Source of the DNA: Camelus dromedarius
Taxonomy: Eukaryota
NCBI RefSeq assembly: GCF_036321535.1
Contig: NC_087449.1
Span: 23,188,001-23,252,000 of the forward strand
DNA length: 64,000 bases
Direction: 5' to 3'
A model generated the notes under the pieces. The model saw nothing but the letters and a program-made list of their open reading frames with translations, was not told where the DNA came from and did no database searches. Every line of letters begins with the position of its first letter. Positions within the stretch are counted from its first letter, which is position 1. The translations under genes and the position numbers were made by a program. This document shows, one piece after another, positions 51,231 to 62,688 of the stretch.

Positions 51231-52136
51231 GTGAGGGAGTGTGTCAACCTCCGGGAACAATGTTCAGAGATCCCTCTTAGAGAGGAGGAGCACTTGTGGT
51301 GACGATGTGTGTCTGGCTAGATTAAGGGGAGAAAGAGAAAAGATGAGAGTGGTTAGAGAGAAGTAACCTAAAGTCTTAAAGAATGGAATTATCAGGGGCA
51401 CAGCAGGTGCACAAGATACTTGTGGAAAGACCTAGGATCACTGAAGGGATGGATGACAGCAGGAAAATTTCTTTACTCAGTATCTGCCTGGGTAGACCTT
51501 CAAATTGAACGGACAAGAAGTGATCACTTCCTTCTCTGTTTCCTTACTCCTGTCCTCTTGCATTTAATCCACTTGCCTTGTCTGTCTTCCTCAGTGGATT
51601 AAAGGCATCTTGGAGACAGAGATGTTGTATAATACAGCTCTAAAACCTCAGTGCACTATGGTGCATCTGGTAGGTGCTCAATGAATTTTATTCCACCTTT
51701 ACTGTCTCCTTCTCCCTCCCTCCCTCTCAAATGAAACAAGCTAAACTGTAAGCAGAAAGAACAACAGGTACCCAGAGAGAACAGGGTATGTATCCCAGGC
51801 AAAAACAGACCAAGTCCCCCGACCCTGGCTGTGCTTATTGCTCAGAGTAGAGAGAAAACCAAGACATGGTTCACATTAGAGAGGTTCCCATTCTCGGGGG
51901 AAGTGGTGGGAGAAGGAGGGGAGCACAGATGTGAGTGCGTCACCACGGTGTGATGCGGGATGCACAGAAGAGGAGTAAGCACAGCATGTGGGAGGGGGAC
52001 AGGGACTCTGGAACGGAGAGCTGGCCCCAGATCAGGACCAGAGCAGGAGAGAAGCACCCCCACCTCTGGGCTGTGCTGTCTGAGACGGGAAATCACACAG
52101 TCTTTCCATTCACTCCTCCCACTGGCACTGAGGACC

Positions 52137-52320
52137 TTTTATTGATCAGGTACTGTGTGAGGAACTCTCAGCACATCTTCTGTGTTTATTATCACTGCAG
52201 CTTCATGCACATTTTGTTATTTCCACTTTACAGGTAAAACTGAGGCCCTCAAGAGATTAAGCCACTTGCCATGAGCCATACAGCTAGCAAATGGAGACTG
52301 AAACAGAGAACCTCTAGGCA
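52137..52320 (-). mobile_element. MIR
   Basis: tttccactttacaggtaaaactgaggcc...aagccacttgcc...acagctagcaaatggag. Confidence 0.65.
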
Positions 52321-52385
52321 CCAGCCCCTGTGTTCTTCCACGTGTATGCAGCCCACAAAGTATCTGGAAAACGGTCATGCTGGCC

Positions 52386-52511
52386 AAAACACAGAGTCTT
52401 GGGCCCCATCTAAGAGGGTCTGAATACAAATCTGTAGACACTGCCTGGGAGTCTGCATTAAAAAATTAGTCTCCAAGTAATCTTTATCCCGTTAAAATAT
52501 GAGAACCAGTG
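52386..52511 (+). mobile_element. hAT-Charlie relic (MER5A-like 3' half)
   Basis: aaacacagagtcttgggcccca...gggagtctgcatt...tgagaaccagtg. Confidence 0.5.
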
Positions 52512-53418
52512 TCCCTAAAGCCACATGGTTCTACATGGAAGTCTGGAAGTGGGTGGGGGAAACAAAAGACCACAGGTGGGAAGGGCTGCTGGATCAAGAC
52601 ATGGTCTCTTAACAAGGGGATGAGGGCACCTTGAACACTGAGGACAGGGGCCCAGAGAGGAAGAGGACAGATTGCTGTGCATTAACAGGTGGGCAGAGGC
52701 TAGAAAACTGGGCTGTCATCAGATTGAGGATGGTTAAATTCTGGAAGGAAAACTATTGAGTCTTTTCTCAGATTTGGCAGTTTACTAAACCATCTCACAT
52801 ACTGTCTGATTTCACAGTGACAGAATCAACTTTAATGAGCACCTAGCACATGCCCGGCTTCGTCCTGGGTGTTCCCTGTATGTGGGGGCCAGTCTTCAAC
52901 AAGCCTGTCCAGTAGATCGCTCCTAGCTCCCTGACACAGCTGAGGATGGGGAGGCGGAGAGAGCGGCCAGAGAGGCTTCTGGTGGTGACTCCACAGGAAA
53001 ATGTGATAGTCATGAGCTTGTTTATACAGAGAATCTAGGTCAGTACTTTGGTTTCCTGCAGCTTAAATCCATGAGATAGGTTAATAACCTCCATGCAGGC
53101 TCAAAATCCAATAAAATAAAGGAGAACGGGGGAAAAAAGGGGGGGGAGCTGTACAGAATCCTGTGCAAGACCTCATACCTGGAGAAGGCTTGGAAATGAG
53201 TGCTTGGCTGGAGAGCAAGACGAGGGGAAAGGGACGTCCCAACACACGACCTGAGTTATCCACACAAGGGAGAGAAGACGGGCTTGGGGAGGAATCTGCG
53301 TCTTACACCCTCATCAAAGCACACTGTGATGGTTCCTTATTTATTTATTTATTTTTTGAAAGCAGCATGCACTTAGAACTTTCATCCGAAAGAAAAAGAA
53401 TCTCCAAACACTACCTAC

Positions 53419-53568
53419 CATTCATGAGGGCGTAGGTGAGAATCATTACGGAGTTGTTGAGAAAGCTATTTTCTTCATTGATGACACGGAGAGTCGCCTT
53501 TTTATCTTCCTCTGAAGAGTCCTTTGATGTGATACCGGCTGACAGGTAAATTATGACCATGTCTGTAT
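53419..53568 (-). CDS. CACHD1: CACHD1 exon 8: (N)TDMVIIYLSAG...MILTYALMN(D)
   Basis: gtttag| acceptor, G|gtaggt donor, 150 nt; ORF 53411..53737. Confidence 0.96.
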
Positions 53569-54069
53569 CTAAACAAACACATACAAACTGAACGTTGCAT
53601 CGGAGCCCGGCCAGCGGCAGCAGTTCAGCTCCTCTCCCACCTCCCCTGGACCCCACAGCCTTGAGGACCTGCCCGGTCCCCACACCTGCCCACCTGATGC
53701 CGGGGCTCTCATCTCCTTGCCTCTGCTCCTCTTCCATCCTGCCCCAGGTGGGCCCCGGGTCCTCACTGACCCAGCGTCAGGTAAGGGGATGTTCCTAATG
53801 AGTTTACTAGGTAAGAAGGTGGTTCCTTCAGCCATCCACGGCTGTGGCAGTTTAGCCATCCAAACGGACATCCCTCCTGCCTTCTGGAATGGAGGGCTCA
53901 GAACCTTGATTTATCCTTTTCTCAGTGACTCAGGGTCTTCACCAGGAACATACATTTGGGGGGTGGGGACTAGGCTGCAAAATGATGGTTCTTCCAGAGA
54001 CACGCAGGGTTATCTGTCTCTATACCAAGTAGCTCCCCAAACATTTATTTTTAAAACTCATCAATGCAG

Positions 54070-54272
54070 GAGAGCAGTAAAAACATGGACACAGGAGCCA
54101 GGCTGCCTGAGTTCATATCTCAGCTGTGCTTTCAAGCTGTGGGTGACTTTAGGTAGATTTCTTAACCCTTCTACACCTAGACTTCCTTACCTACAACAAA
54201 ACTGGGATAATGACAGCATTTATATCACAGGGGCGCTGTGAGGACTAATTGGCTAATTTAAGAGTGAAAGCA
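54070..54272 (+). mobile_element. MIR
   Basis: ggagccaggctgcctgagttcatatctcagct...gtgactttaggtagatttcttaacc...gggataatgacagc...gctgtgagga. Confidence 0.7.
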
Positions 54273-54667
54273 AAAGGGTGATGGTAAATAGATGATAAAA
54301 GAGAAAAGAAACCTCAACACAAACACAAAACAAAAACAAAACCCGTCTTGGCCTGAAGCAGCACCTATGACTCCAGAGTAAAACTATGCGCCAACTACAG
54401 CGAATGGGCAGAGCAGCTAAGTCATTTTAGCTCAGTGTGAAAAACTCCTTTCAAGAGGATTTAATAAAAAATAAAAGTGGTGCATTTCCTAACAGTAAAG
54501 ATGCAGAGGCTGAATGACAGCTTTAACGGAAGGGGGTAAGTTAGCGAGCTGGACCTTTATATTGTCTTTCTAATCTGAGGTTCTCAATCAATATACATTT
54601 TTAAGACATCCTGCACAGAAGTTTGCCTTTTTACTGAGAAATAATTATTGATATGGTATATGCTTAT

Positions 54668-55058
54668 TGTGACAGAATGCAGCAGCAGTCATGGGGAGTC
54701 AAGAGATGGATTAAATTAGAGAAACACAGTGGCTTCCACCTTGTGTGCTCTGTCTCAGGGAAGCCAGAGAGCACATGGTGAACTGGCCTATGAGAGGCAA
54801 GGATGGAGGCCCTTAGAATGGAGTCCACCACCAAGCGTGTCAGTGAACTTGGAAGCTGATCTTTCCAAGTTGAACTTTGAGATGACAGCGGCTCTGGACA
54901 ACACTTTGACTGCAACCTCGTGGGACACCTGTAGCCAGAGGCACCCAACCATGCTGTGCCCAGATTCCTGATCTACAGATACTAAAACAATAAATGTTTA
55001 TTGTCTTAAGCCACTGAGTGTTGGGTAATTTGTTATCCAGGAATAGATAACGAATACA
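54668..55058 (+). mobile_element. MaLR solo LTR (MLT1 family)
   Basis: tg...ca termini; cagattcctga...aataaatgtttattgtcttaagccactgagtgttgggtaatttgttat...atagataacgaataca; near-TSD cttat/gttat. Confidence 0.8.
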
Positions 55059-55863
55059 GTTATCCTTTTAAAAATTATCCTAACAATGATGAGGATACAA
55101 TGACTAAATTTTCTTCCATTTGTAAATTTCCATTTTAGACGCTGAAGCATCCTTTAGATGCAGCATTGAACAGTTAATTACTAAGACTTAATATACAAGC
55201 AAGTCTTAAAAGTCAATTTTGATGCTTGAATAATTCTCTAATAAATACTAACTGCAAATCTAATTTGCATATTTATTCAACAGAAATTAGGAAGTGAAAA
55301 CTGACCCAAAAAATAATCATAAGCTAGGCAATATCTCTGTCTTAAATTAGGTGTCAATCTTTTTCCAATGCTGGAAATATACTCCTGTAAATTATTTTTC
55401 TTGGCTGCTAAATAGCTCACTTTAGCTTCAGACTGGGAAAAAAACTACTACTTGACTCCCTAGTAGGTGGAATACAGATACACGATGAAGCTGATCTAAA
55501 GTATGAGACAAACCATCATCCAGGGCAAAGGCACCGGGTGTGATAAATTCCTGGATACCTGTAAGACTGACCTAAAATGAACCCTTTGAGTTTTCTTACT
55601 TAGCTTTCTGACTCTGGATTAAACACGCTGTCACTGAGAGCTGGCTTCAGGCACAGGCGCATGACTGGACAGCCAGAAGGTTTGCAGCCTGCGATTCCTT
55701 CAGCTGCTGAGTGTATTTTCTTTCCACCCCCAAAATAAGACATACACTTTGTAAGCATCCTCACCATCTCTGCCCAGCCCCCGACTCTACTCCTGTCCTA
55801 TCCTTAGGCAAAATTGAATTTTTTTTTAGTTTTTATATATCAGACCTGCCAAATTCGGTCTGA

Positions 55864-55884
55864 TTTATTATTATTATTATTATT
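55864..55884 (+). repeat. (TTA)n microsatellite
   Basis: tttattattattattattatt. Confidence 0.85.
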
Positions 55885-57074
55885 TTTACTTACTAGGCTA
55901 TTCCCTCTCTAGCCGCTCATGGGGATGTTAAGCCTTGTGATTCATAATGTTAGGGATGAGTAATTATAGGGACTTGGGGGCAGAGCAAAGACATAGCATA
56001 TACCTGGAAGAAAATACAACACTCTTCATTTCACAAGTCCCCATCTAAGCCACCAGCGTACCTTGGGGTCAATTAACAAAGAGGGAAGAACAACTCAAAT
56101 TTGGGCTTCGCCCACACCGTTAGATCCCCACTCCTAACCATCTTATTCCTTCTGCTACAAAATGACCCCTCAACCAGTTGCCCCTCCAAGCAAAGCCAGA
56201 ACAAACAACCCAAATGTGCTGATGCCATCAGTTATAGATCTACCATGGGACTGAAAGAGAGTCAGCATTGGATAGAAGTTTCAGATTTTCTGATTAGTAC
56301 AAAGCAAATCAGTACAAAGCCACCACGATTTATGCCATGTGGCTTTTATTCATATGGCCACCAGCGTGGCACAGACACTTTACTTCCATGCGCAGACTAG
56401 TCCTTACAATAACCCTACAGGGTAGGTCTTACTCGTTGGAATAATCCCCCCCTCATGGCCTTTCAAACAGCACCAGGTGCACAATAGATGCTAAATAATT
56501 GCCTGTGGCGTGAACATGAGTAATGATTTATTTAGAGTCCAAGCTCCTAAGAGGAGTACACAGGCCCTTCACAACGCTGTAGCCAAAGCCACCAACGGTC
56601 CGTGGACACCTTTGGGCTTGGAGTCAACTTAGGACATCTGGGGTGTCTGCTCCCCTCTAGCCAGAGGTAGAAGTCTTGTAGGAAACTGAATATCATAATA
56701 ACTACGGTTAATGTTTATTTAATATTCATGATGGGACCCTGCACCTTGTTATCACCCCCAGTTTGCAGATGAGGAAACGAGGCCTGGAGAAATCAAATAA
56801 TTTACACAAGTTTACAAGTTTAGAAAAATTTCAGAGTAGGAATTCGAACCCACATTGATTGAAATTCAAAACCCACACACTTAACTACTATACTACATCG
56901 AGAGCACCTCAAGCCTCTCCTTAATAAACTGGGTAATGCTAATTCCTGGAGTGTTTTCTTTTATGCAATCTAATTTGGATTCTTTTTCCTCTGATCTGCT
57001 AGTAGAAGCTGTGAAGTGGAAGCTGGTGAGTTAAACTTTAAAAGCATCTCACGCGGACTAAAAATGACTGTCCC

Positions 57075-57280
57075 GAGCATTTAAAAACCCATGCCATCAA
57101 AATTTGTCCAAGCCTCTGATGGTCACTCTTCTTGCCACATTTTCGCTCACAAACATTAAGAAAACACCCAAAAGCTAGAGAAATGTTTTCCCTCAAAGCG
57201 GCCTTCTGCGAGTGTGCAGCACAGGTGGGTTTGTAAGAAGAGGTTTAATGAGGTCTCTAGTCACAGTTTTAAAGCTGGAA
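57075..57280. repeat. Bipartite duplicated element, copy 1 (intron 7)
   Basis: Direct paralog of 60934-61140; blocks 57075-57137 and 57202-57280. Confidence 0.9.
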
Positions 57281-57767
57281 GAAATGTCAACATTTGAAAA
57301 TCAAGGGATTTCACATAAAAGTTTCTGGCTTCTCTTAAATCAGAAGATCTGGCAACACTGGACAGGTATTCCTGCAAGGCAATGAGGCTGGACAGACGAT
57401 CCGCAGCCTTCCTGACAGAGCACGCGCCCTCCAGCTCACTGCACTCCCCAAACAATCCTCATGCTCGCAGGACTGCCGCTCACTGCCTGGCCGCTGCCAG
57501 TCTAACATTTCTCTCCATTACTTAAACAGTGTAATAATCAAATTTGGACTTAATCTCTAACGATGGTTTGATGACTGAAGAATCAAGCAGAGCACATCTG
57601 GTGAGGAATGCTGACAAGCAGCTGGCAGCTGGTAAATGACCAACTAGCCAATCTGTCTGGAATACTTGAGAGGTCAGCCTTATCCTTTGGTCTTACTGAA
57701 TTGTGCACAACTTTACCCTCAGCCATCCTGGAATACCGGTTTGTGGATAGCTGATGTTTGCCGAGGC

Positions 57768-58268
57768 TGGTGGGCAAAATTCTAAGATGACCCCAGTGAC
57801 CCACACACCTCGTGAGTGTGGACATGAGCAGTAATTTGCTTCTGACCATATGAATATGGCAAAGATGATGGATATCATTCCTGGGACATATACGGCAAAG
57901 ATGAAGAGATTCTGCAGATGCAGTTAAGGTCTCTAATAAGTTAATCACAACGGCGAGTAACCTACTTAAATCAAAAGGGAGAGTGAGCCCTATTAGATCA
58001 GACGTACCCTTTAAAGAGGGTCCAAGCCTTCCCCAAAGTCAGGGGCTTGAAGAAAAGATGCTATCTCTGAGTTTTACAATTGCCAAAAATGAATTCTGCC
58101 AGCCGCTGAGCTTGGAAGAGGACTCTGAACGTCAGATGAGACCACAGACCTGGCTTATACCTAGACTGCAGCCTTGTGCGATCCTGACAGGGGAGAGGCT
58201 CAGTAATACAGGACTCCTGACCCAGGGAAACTGAGATAATAATAATAAACTGTGAGATAACAACACAC
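57768..58268 (+). mobile_element. MaLR solo LTR (MLT1D/E-like)
   Basis: tggtgggcaaaattctaagatgacccc start; tgcagatgcagttaaggtc, gaattctgcca...gagcttggaagagg, ctcctgacccagggaaactgagataat. Confidence 0.75.
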
Positions 58269-59082
58269 AGAACCATCAAACTGATTCGCCCTCCACCATC
58301 ATTAGTTGTAATAATTACAGCAGCTTCCATCTTTCAAGGGCCCACCATGTGCCAGGCACTGAGCTGTGTACTTCTCAATGTTGTCTTAGTTTTAATGCAG
58401 ACACACTAATGAGCCTGAAAATATATGCTTTAAATTTATCTCAATAGGATACATTCATTAAAAAAAACAAAACCTGCAGACAGATTTTCGAATATAAAAG
58501 AGAAAATGACATAGATTCCTTTCAGCGGTTTCAAAGCATGTGTCTTATTTCAAATTTCCTTCCCTTTACTTTAGCAGGCATCCTAATTCCAGATCTTCTT
58601 TAATACATGAAAATTAAATTAGGGTGCCTTTGTGCATTTGAAGGGCTGTGCTCATCTACACGACAGCTGGTTAGGAGGAAGAAGGATCAAGGCAAGAATT
58701 CCGGCTGCCCATTTCTGCACAGATGCGTACAAGCAGACATCCCCTCAAAGTCACTGAGGAGGCAAGGCTAACAATTAGCATTAAAAAGGATGTGGGCATT
58801 CCCCTAGGAAATAAATGGGAGTATGTTCTTAATAAAGGGCAGGAAGAAGAGGCTCTGTGAGTGAGGAAATCATGCAGATGGAGTACCTTTGATTGGAAAA
58901 GATGAGATCAAATCTGGTAAGATCCTAGTATGAGATGACCATTATGACAGCACAAGAACATTTCATCCCGTCAATTTAGAAAAAAATACCTCTAGACATA
59001 GTTGTGTGATCAATTCACAGTATTATTTCTATTGCCATCCTTTATCTATTAGTTTATGAGTCCTCTGAGCAAATGCACTTAC

Positions 59083-59299
59083 TTGCTTGGAACTTGGTGT
59101 TATTGTTTGTGCTTCGAATCAGCTGGAATGCCTTTTGGAACCCCACCGCGTGCTGGGTAGGGCTGTCCAAAGACTTGACGCTGCTAACGAAGGTGGACAT
59201 TTTCCTTTTGGTCTCACTGGTGGCTGGAGACAGGAAGGTCTTATAGCACTGGTCCAGCGAGCAGGTCCTGACGGTGTCTGCCACAGTCAGCACAGAGAT
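59083..59299 (-). CDS. CACHD1: CACHD1 exon 7: ISVLTVADTVRTCSLDQC...NNNTKFQA(N)
   Basis: ctccag| acceptor, A|gtaagt donor, 217 nt; ORF 59054..59317. Confidence 0.96.
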
Positions 59300-60161
59300 C
59301 TGGAGGGGGGAAAACAAAAAAAACTTGTTATCCTGCCAGGGAAAGGCTTTTTTACGTTTTGGAAGAGCCCAAGGAGTGAGAAGTTCTACACAACAGTTTT
59401 GGAGAGTTTAAAAACAAATGCCTGGAGGCATAAATCTATTAAATTTGAAGATGATTAGGTAAGGACTGGTAAAGGATAGGGACTCCAGAGTTTGGTTTTT
59501 GTTCCAAAATGAAGTCAGCAGTATGGTGTTCATCTAAACATTAAAAACAGTATTTCACACAGAGAAAAATTTTGGCAAGTACTAACCGTTTTGATTTTCC
59601 AACTGGAAGTGAGGGTAAAGGCATAGGGTGTATGTTTTAAGCAACTAGATTAGTGAGTAAAAAAACCTTAGGAGCTGGAAAAGTCAAAATGATGCAGCAG
59701 AAAATGTCTAAGGGCAACAGATCATTGCTAGCTGTAAACACACCTATCTCTGAGGTGTCCTGGAGATTGGTAAACCTCTAGCAGCCTTCTTGTCTCCTTT
59801 CCTTCCATCAATTTTGAGATAAAGTCCAGCCATCCACCAATGTCCAAGCCTTCGCCCTGTTCCTCCTTAATATAATTTCCACTGTGAAAGTCACAGCTAA
59901 TTAGAAGTCTTAACAGGAGCCACAAAGGAAATGCAAGACTCAATTTGGTGGGGGTGGTTTTAAGAAGAGATTTGGAACCAGTGTTGGCAGCTGTTTCCTC
60001 AAACACTAGAATAAAAACTAAACCACTCTCTTTTCTCAAAGTCATTCTTAAGGATGGACTTAAAGATATGTATCATAAAACAGAAAGTACTTTAAAAAAG
60101 GTATTCAGGAAAGACTCAAAGCCATGGGGCAGGGGGCGGGGGCCACTGGGATCATGGTCAC

Positions 60162-60306
60162 CTTATCATGTTCGTCGATGGCGCTGAGGATGACCTGGGC
60201 AGCGTCCTTGGCGATCTGAAGCTGGGTGTCTGTGACGGAAGCCCCGTGGTCCAGGATCACTACTATATGCTTTGACTGTGGCCGGACGGTAGAGACGTAG
60301 ATAGGC
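60162..60306 (-). CDS. CACHD1: CACHD1 exon 6: (R)PIYVSTVRPQSKHIVVILDHGASVTDTQLQIAKDAAQVILSAIDEHDK, start of VWA
   Basis: ttctag| acceptor, AAG|gtgacc donor, 145 nt; within ORF 60105..60479. Confidence 0.96.
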
Positions 60307-60933
60307 CTAGAAGAGGAGAAGCTCTCTGGGGTCAGTCCTGGTTTAGGTTGAAGCCTCAACCTGACACAGCTATGAGTACAGAGGGGCAGGCACGTTGGTC
60401 TCCACACGTTTCTCTGGGGATGGCACAGGATGGAGAGACCAACGCAGAAGGAGACACTATCCTGGTGCACAGAAAACACCTCAAGACAACCATATGTTTC
60501 TGCAGAACAGGGATTGGTAACTTAGGTTTTCCAAAGACAAAAACAACTGGGAGAAGGTTTTAAGAAGCCAACACTTTGCAAGGCTGGCTTTTTCAGCACA
60601 CGTGAAAGTCCAGCCTCTCAGCTGCAGGGGGTGATGCTGTTCACCATTACCCCACATTCTGCCGTAGGAAATGGAGCCGGTGGCCCCACGGGCGGCAGAG
60701 AAAGCACAGCAGGGAGAGGAAAAGTGCACTTGCCGGTGCTGGGTCCGCTTCTGCAGACTTAGAGAGAAGCTTGGCTAAAACCAAGGCAGCCTGTAATCTG
60801 TGAGCATGCTGAGCAGCTCTGAATAGCAAGTTTGGTTTCTCTCTCCACAGACAAAGGCCATTGCTACGAGGGCCTTTTTCCTTTCTGTTCTGAAGCAATT
60901 TACACAGGTCAGCCACCAAAAGGCCCCTTATCT

Positions 60934-61140
60934 GAGCATTTAAAACCATGCCATCAAATTTGTCCAAGCCTGTGATAGTCACTCTTCTTGCCAAGTTTTT
61001 GTTTGCCAACATTCAGAAAAGGGGGTGGGGTGGATGGGAGAACTCCAAAGGGGAAATGCCACCTTCTGCTAGTGTGCAGCACGGGCAGATTTGTGAGAAG
61101 AGGTTTAATGAGGTCTCTATTCACAGTTTTAAAGCTGGAA
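60934..61140. repeat. Bipartite duplicated element, copy 2 (intron 5)
   Basis: Direct paralog of 57075-57280; blocks 60934-60993 and 61062-61140. Confidence 0.9.
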
Positions 61141-61493
61141 CAAATTAGAGGGAGCTTAAGAGAGCAAATCAGCCTCGAGAGAATTCTCTCCTTTATTGAC
61201 ACCCCTAAAACACTCGATTTTTCTGTGAAATCTTAGATGCCAGTTGAGTCACAAAAGCCTGGGCACAAATTGAGAAATACAGGCAAGGTACCAAAAAACT
61301 CAAAATCGGGCCAAGTTTACACTAATTGTTCTCAAGCCAAAAGTCCTACATCAATACTAAAGTACTACTATATTTTCACCAGTCAATACCATTCAGCTAA
61401 GTAGGGAAATAAATGGGAGAAAAAGAATCTGGGAGAGGTGGCTACAGAAACGAAAGAGGGAACAGAAAAGGAAGTCTGACTACCCCAACACTG

Positions 61494-61703
61494 ACAACCA
61501 TGTCATAAAGGCAGGTGAGTAGATTTTTTTTTCCCAGTGACATACCTCCTTCTTTCCAACTCAACTCAATAAATGAAAAGCAGAATATGTGTTTACATAA
61601 ATAGTAGCATTAAATGTACAATCTGGGAGGCGCTTTTCATAGTGTGATTGCGTCCTGTCTGGTGTGCTCTGGAACCCCTCCCCACACTTCAAAGGACGTA
61701 GAG
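61494..61703 (+). repeat. 210-bp direct duplication, copy A
   Basis: 206/210 identical to 62479-62688 by manual alignment. Confidence 0.95.
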
Positions 61704-62478
61704 AGCTTGCAAAGGCCTCAGAGGAGAGCAGGACAGGTAAAGACACGCGGTGGCCATCTACAAGGAGAGGAACTCGGATGACTCAGCCAAGGAGACAGAG
61801 GCTTGAGGACTGATTTAATGCCTAGTTAGGGTAGAAATGCACAAAAACCTCCAAGTGTGGGTGAATGCTGACTTGTGACCAGGTGCTGCTTTTCCTTCTG
61901 GACTATCCCTCACAGGTGATTCATTAAAAGCAGAATGCCATGTCATCTATCTTCTTAGAAGTCGGTGAGAATTAGTTGGTTCATGGTGTCTTTGGCCTCT
62001 CCTGAGACGTGAGCTAGACTAGAACCCAAAGTCAAAGACTCTGGTACCGTCTCCAAGATGCTCAAGTATTCACCATACTGTCTGGGGAGGGAATAAAAGA
62101 AACTGTACAAATGATACAAATGTCTTTCTAGGAAAAGCACAGAAGTAGTATCTGCCTGGAATAACATTTTAGATACCATTTTTTCCTCCTTCCAGTTGTA
62201 TTGAGTGACATATGTGCAGCATAATGATTTGACTTACATACATCACTTAGTGATGATCACAACAAGTTTAGTGAATAGTTTTGCTTTCAACTAAAGATGG
62301 AGAGATGCTAAAATGGTGGATAATTTAGACTAAAAAGACGGCATGACCAGTGAGCATCTTGCACTAGGTTCCAGAAGTTCTGGCATCAAACATCTAACAC
62401 TGCAAAAAAGAAACTGGGGGGATTCAAAAGAAAAGTATCTTTGCCCAAGGGGTTCTGGACATTGATGAGCCTTGTCAT

Positions 62479-62688
62479 ACAACCATGTCATAAAGGTAGG
62501 TGAGTAGATTTTTTTTTCCCAGTGACATACCTCCTTCTTTCCAACTCAACTCAATAAATGAAAAGCAGAATATGTGTCTACATAAATAGTAGCATTAAAT
62601 GTACAATCTGGGAGGTGCTTTTCATAGTGTGATTGGGTCCTGTCTGGTGTGCTCTGGAACCCCTCCCCACACTTCAAAGGACGTAGAG
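62479..62688 (+). repeat. 210-bp direct duplication, copy B
   Basis: 206/210 identical to 61494-61703. Confidence 0.95.

Noticed and set aside
53717-54241. 174-aa plus-strand ORF (and 18433-18891, 1992-2429)
   Set aside because: No domain resemblance; the first runs into a MIR. Chance ORFs.
56352-56368. CTCF-like tggccaccagcgtggcac
   Set aside because: An extra base between CCACCAG and GGC breaks the core spacing.
61506-61575. Plus-strand CAG|GTGAGT donor and AATAAA inside the 210-bp duplicated unit, hinting at an antisense transcript
   Set aside because: No matching acceptor or promoter seen. Such hexamers are frequent, and copy B changes the donor context.
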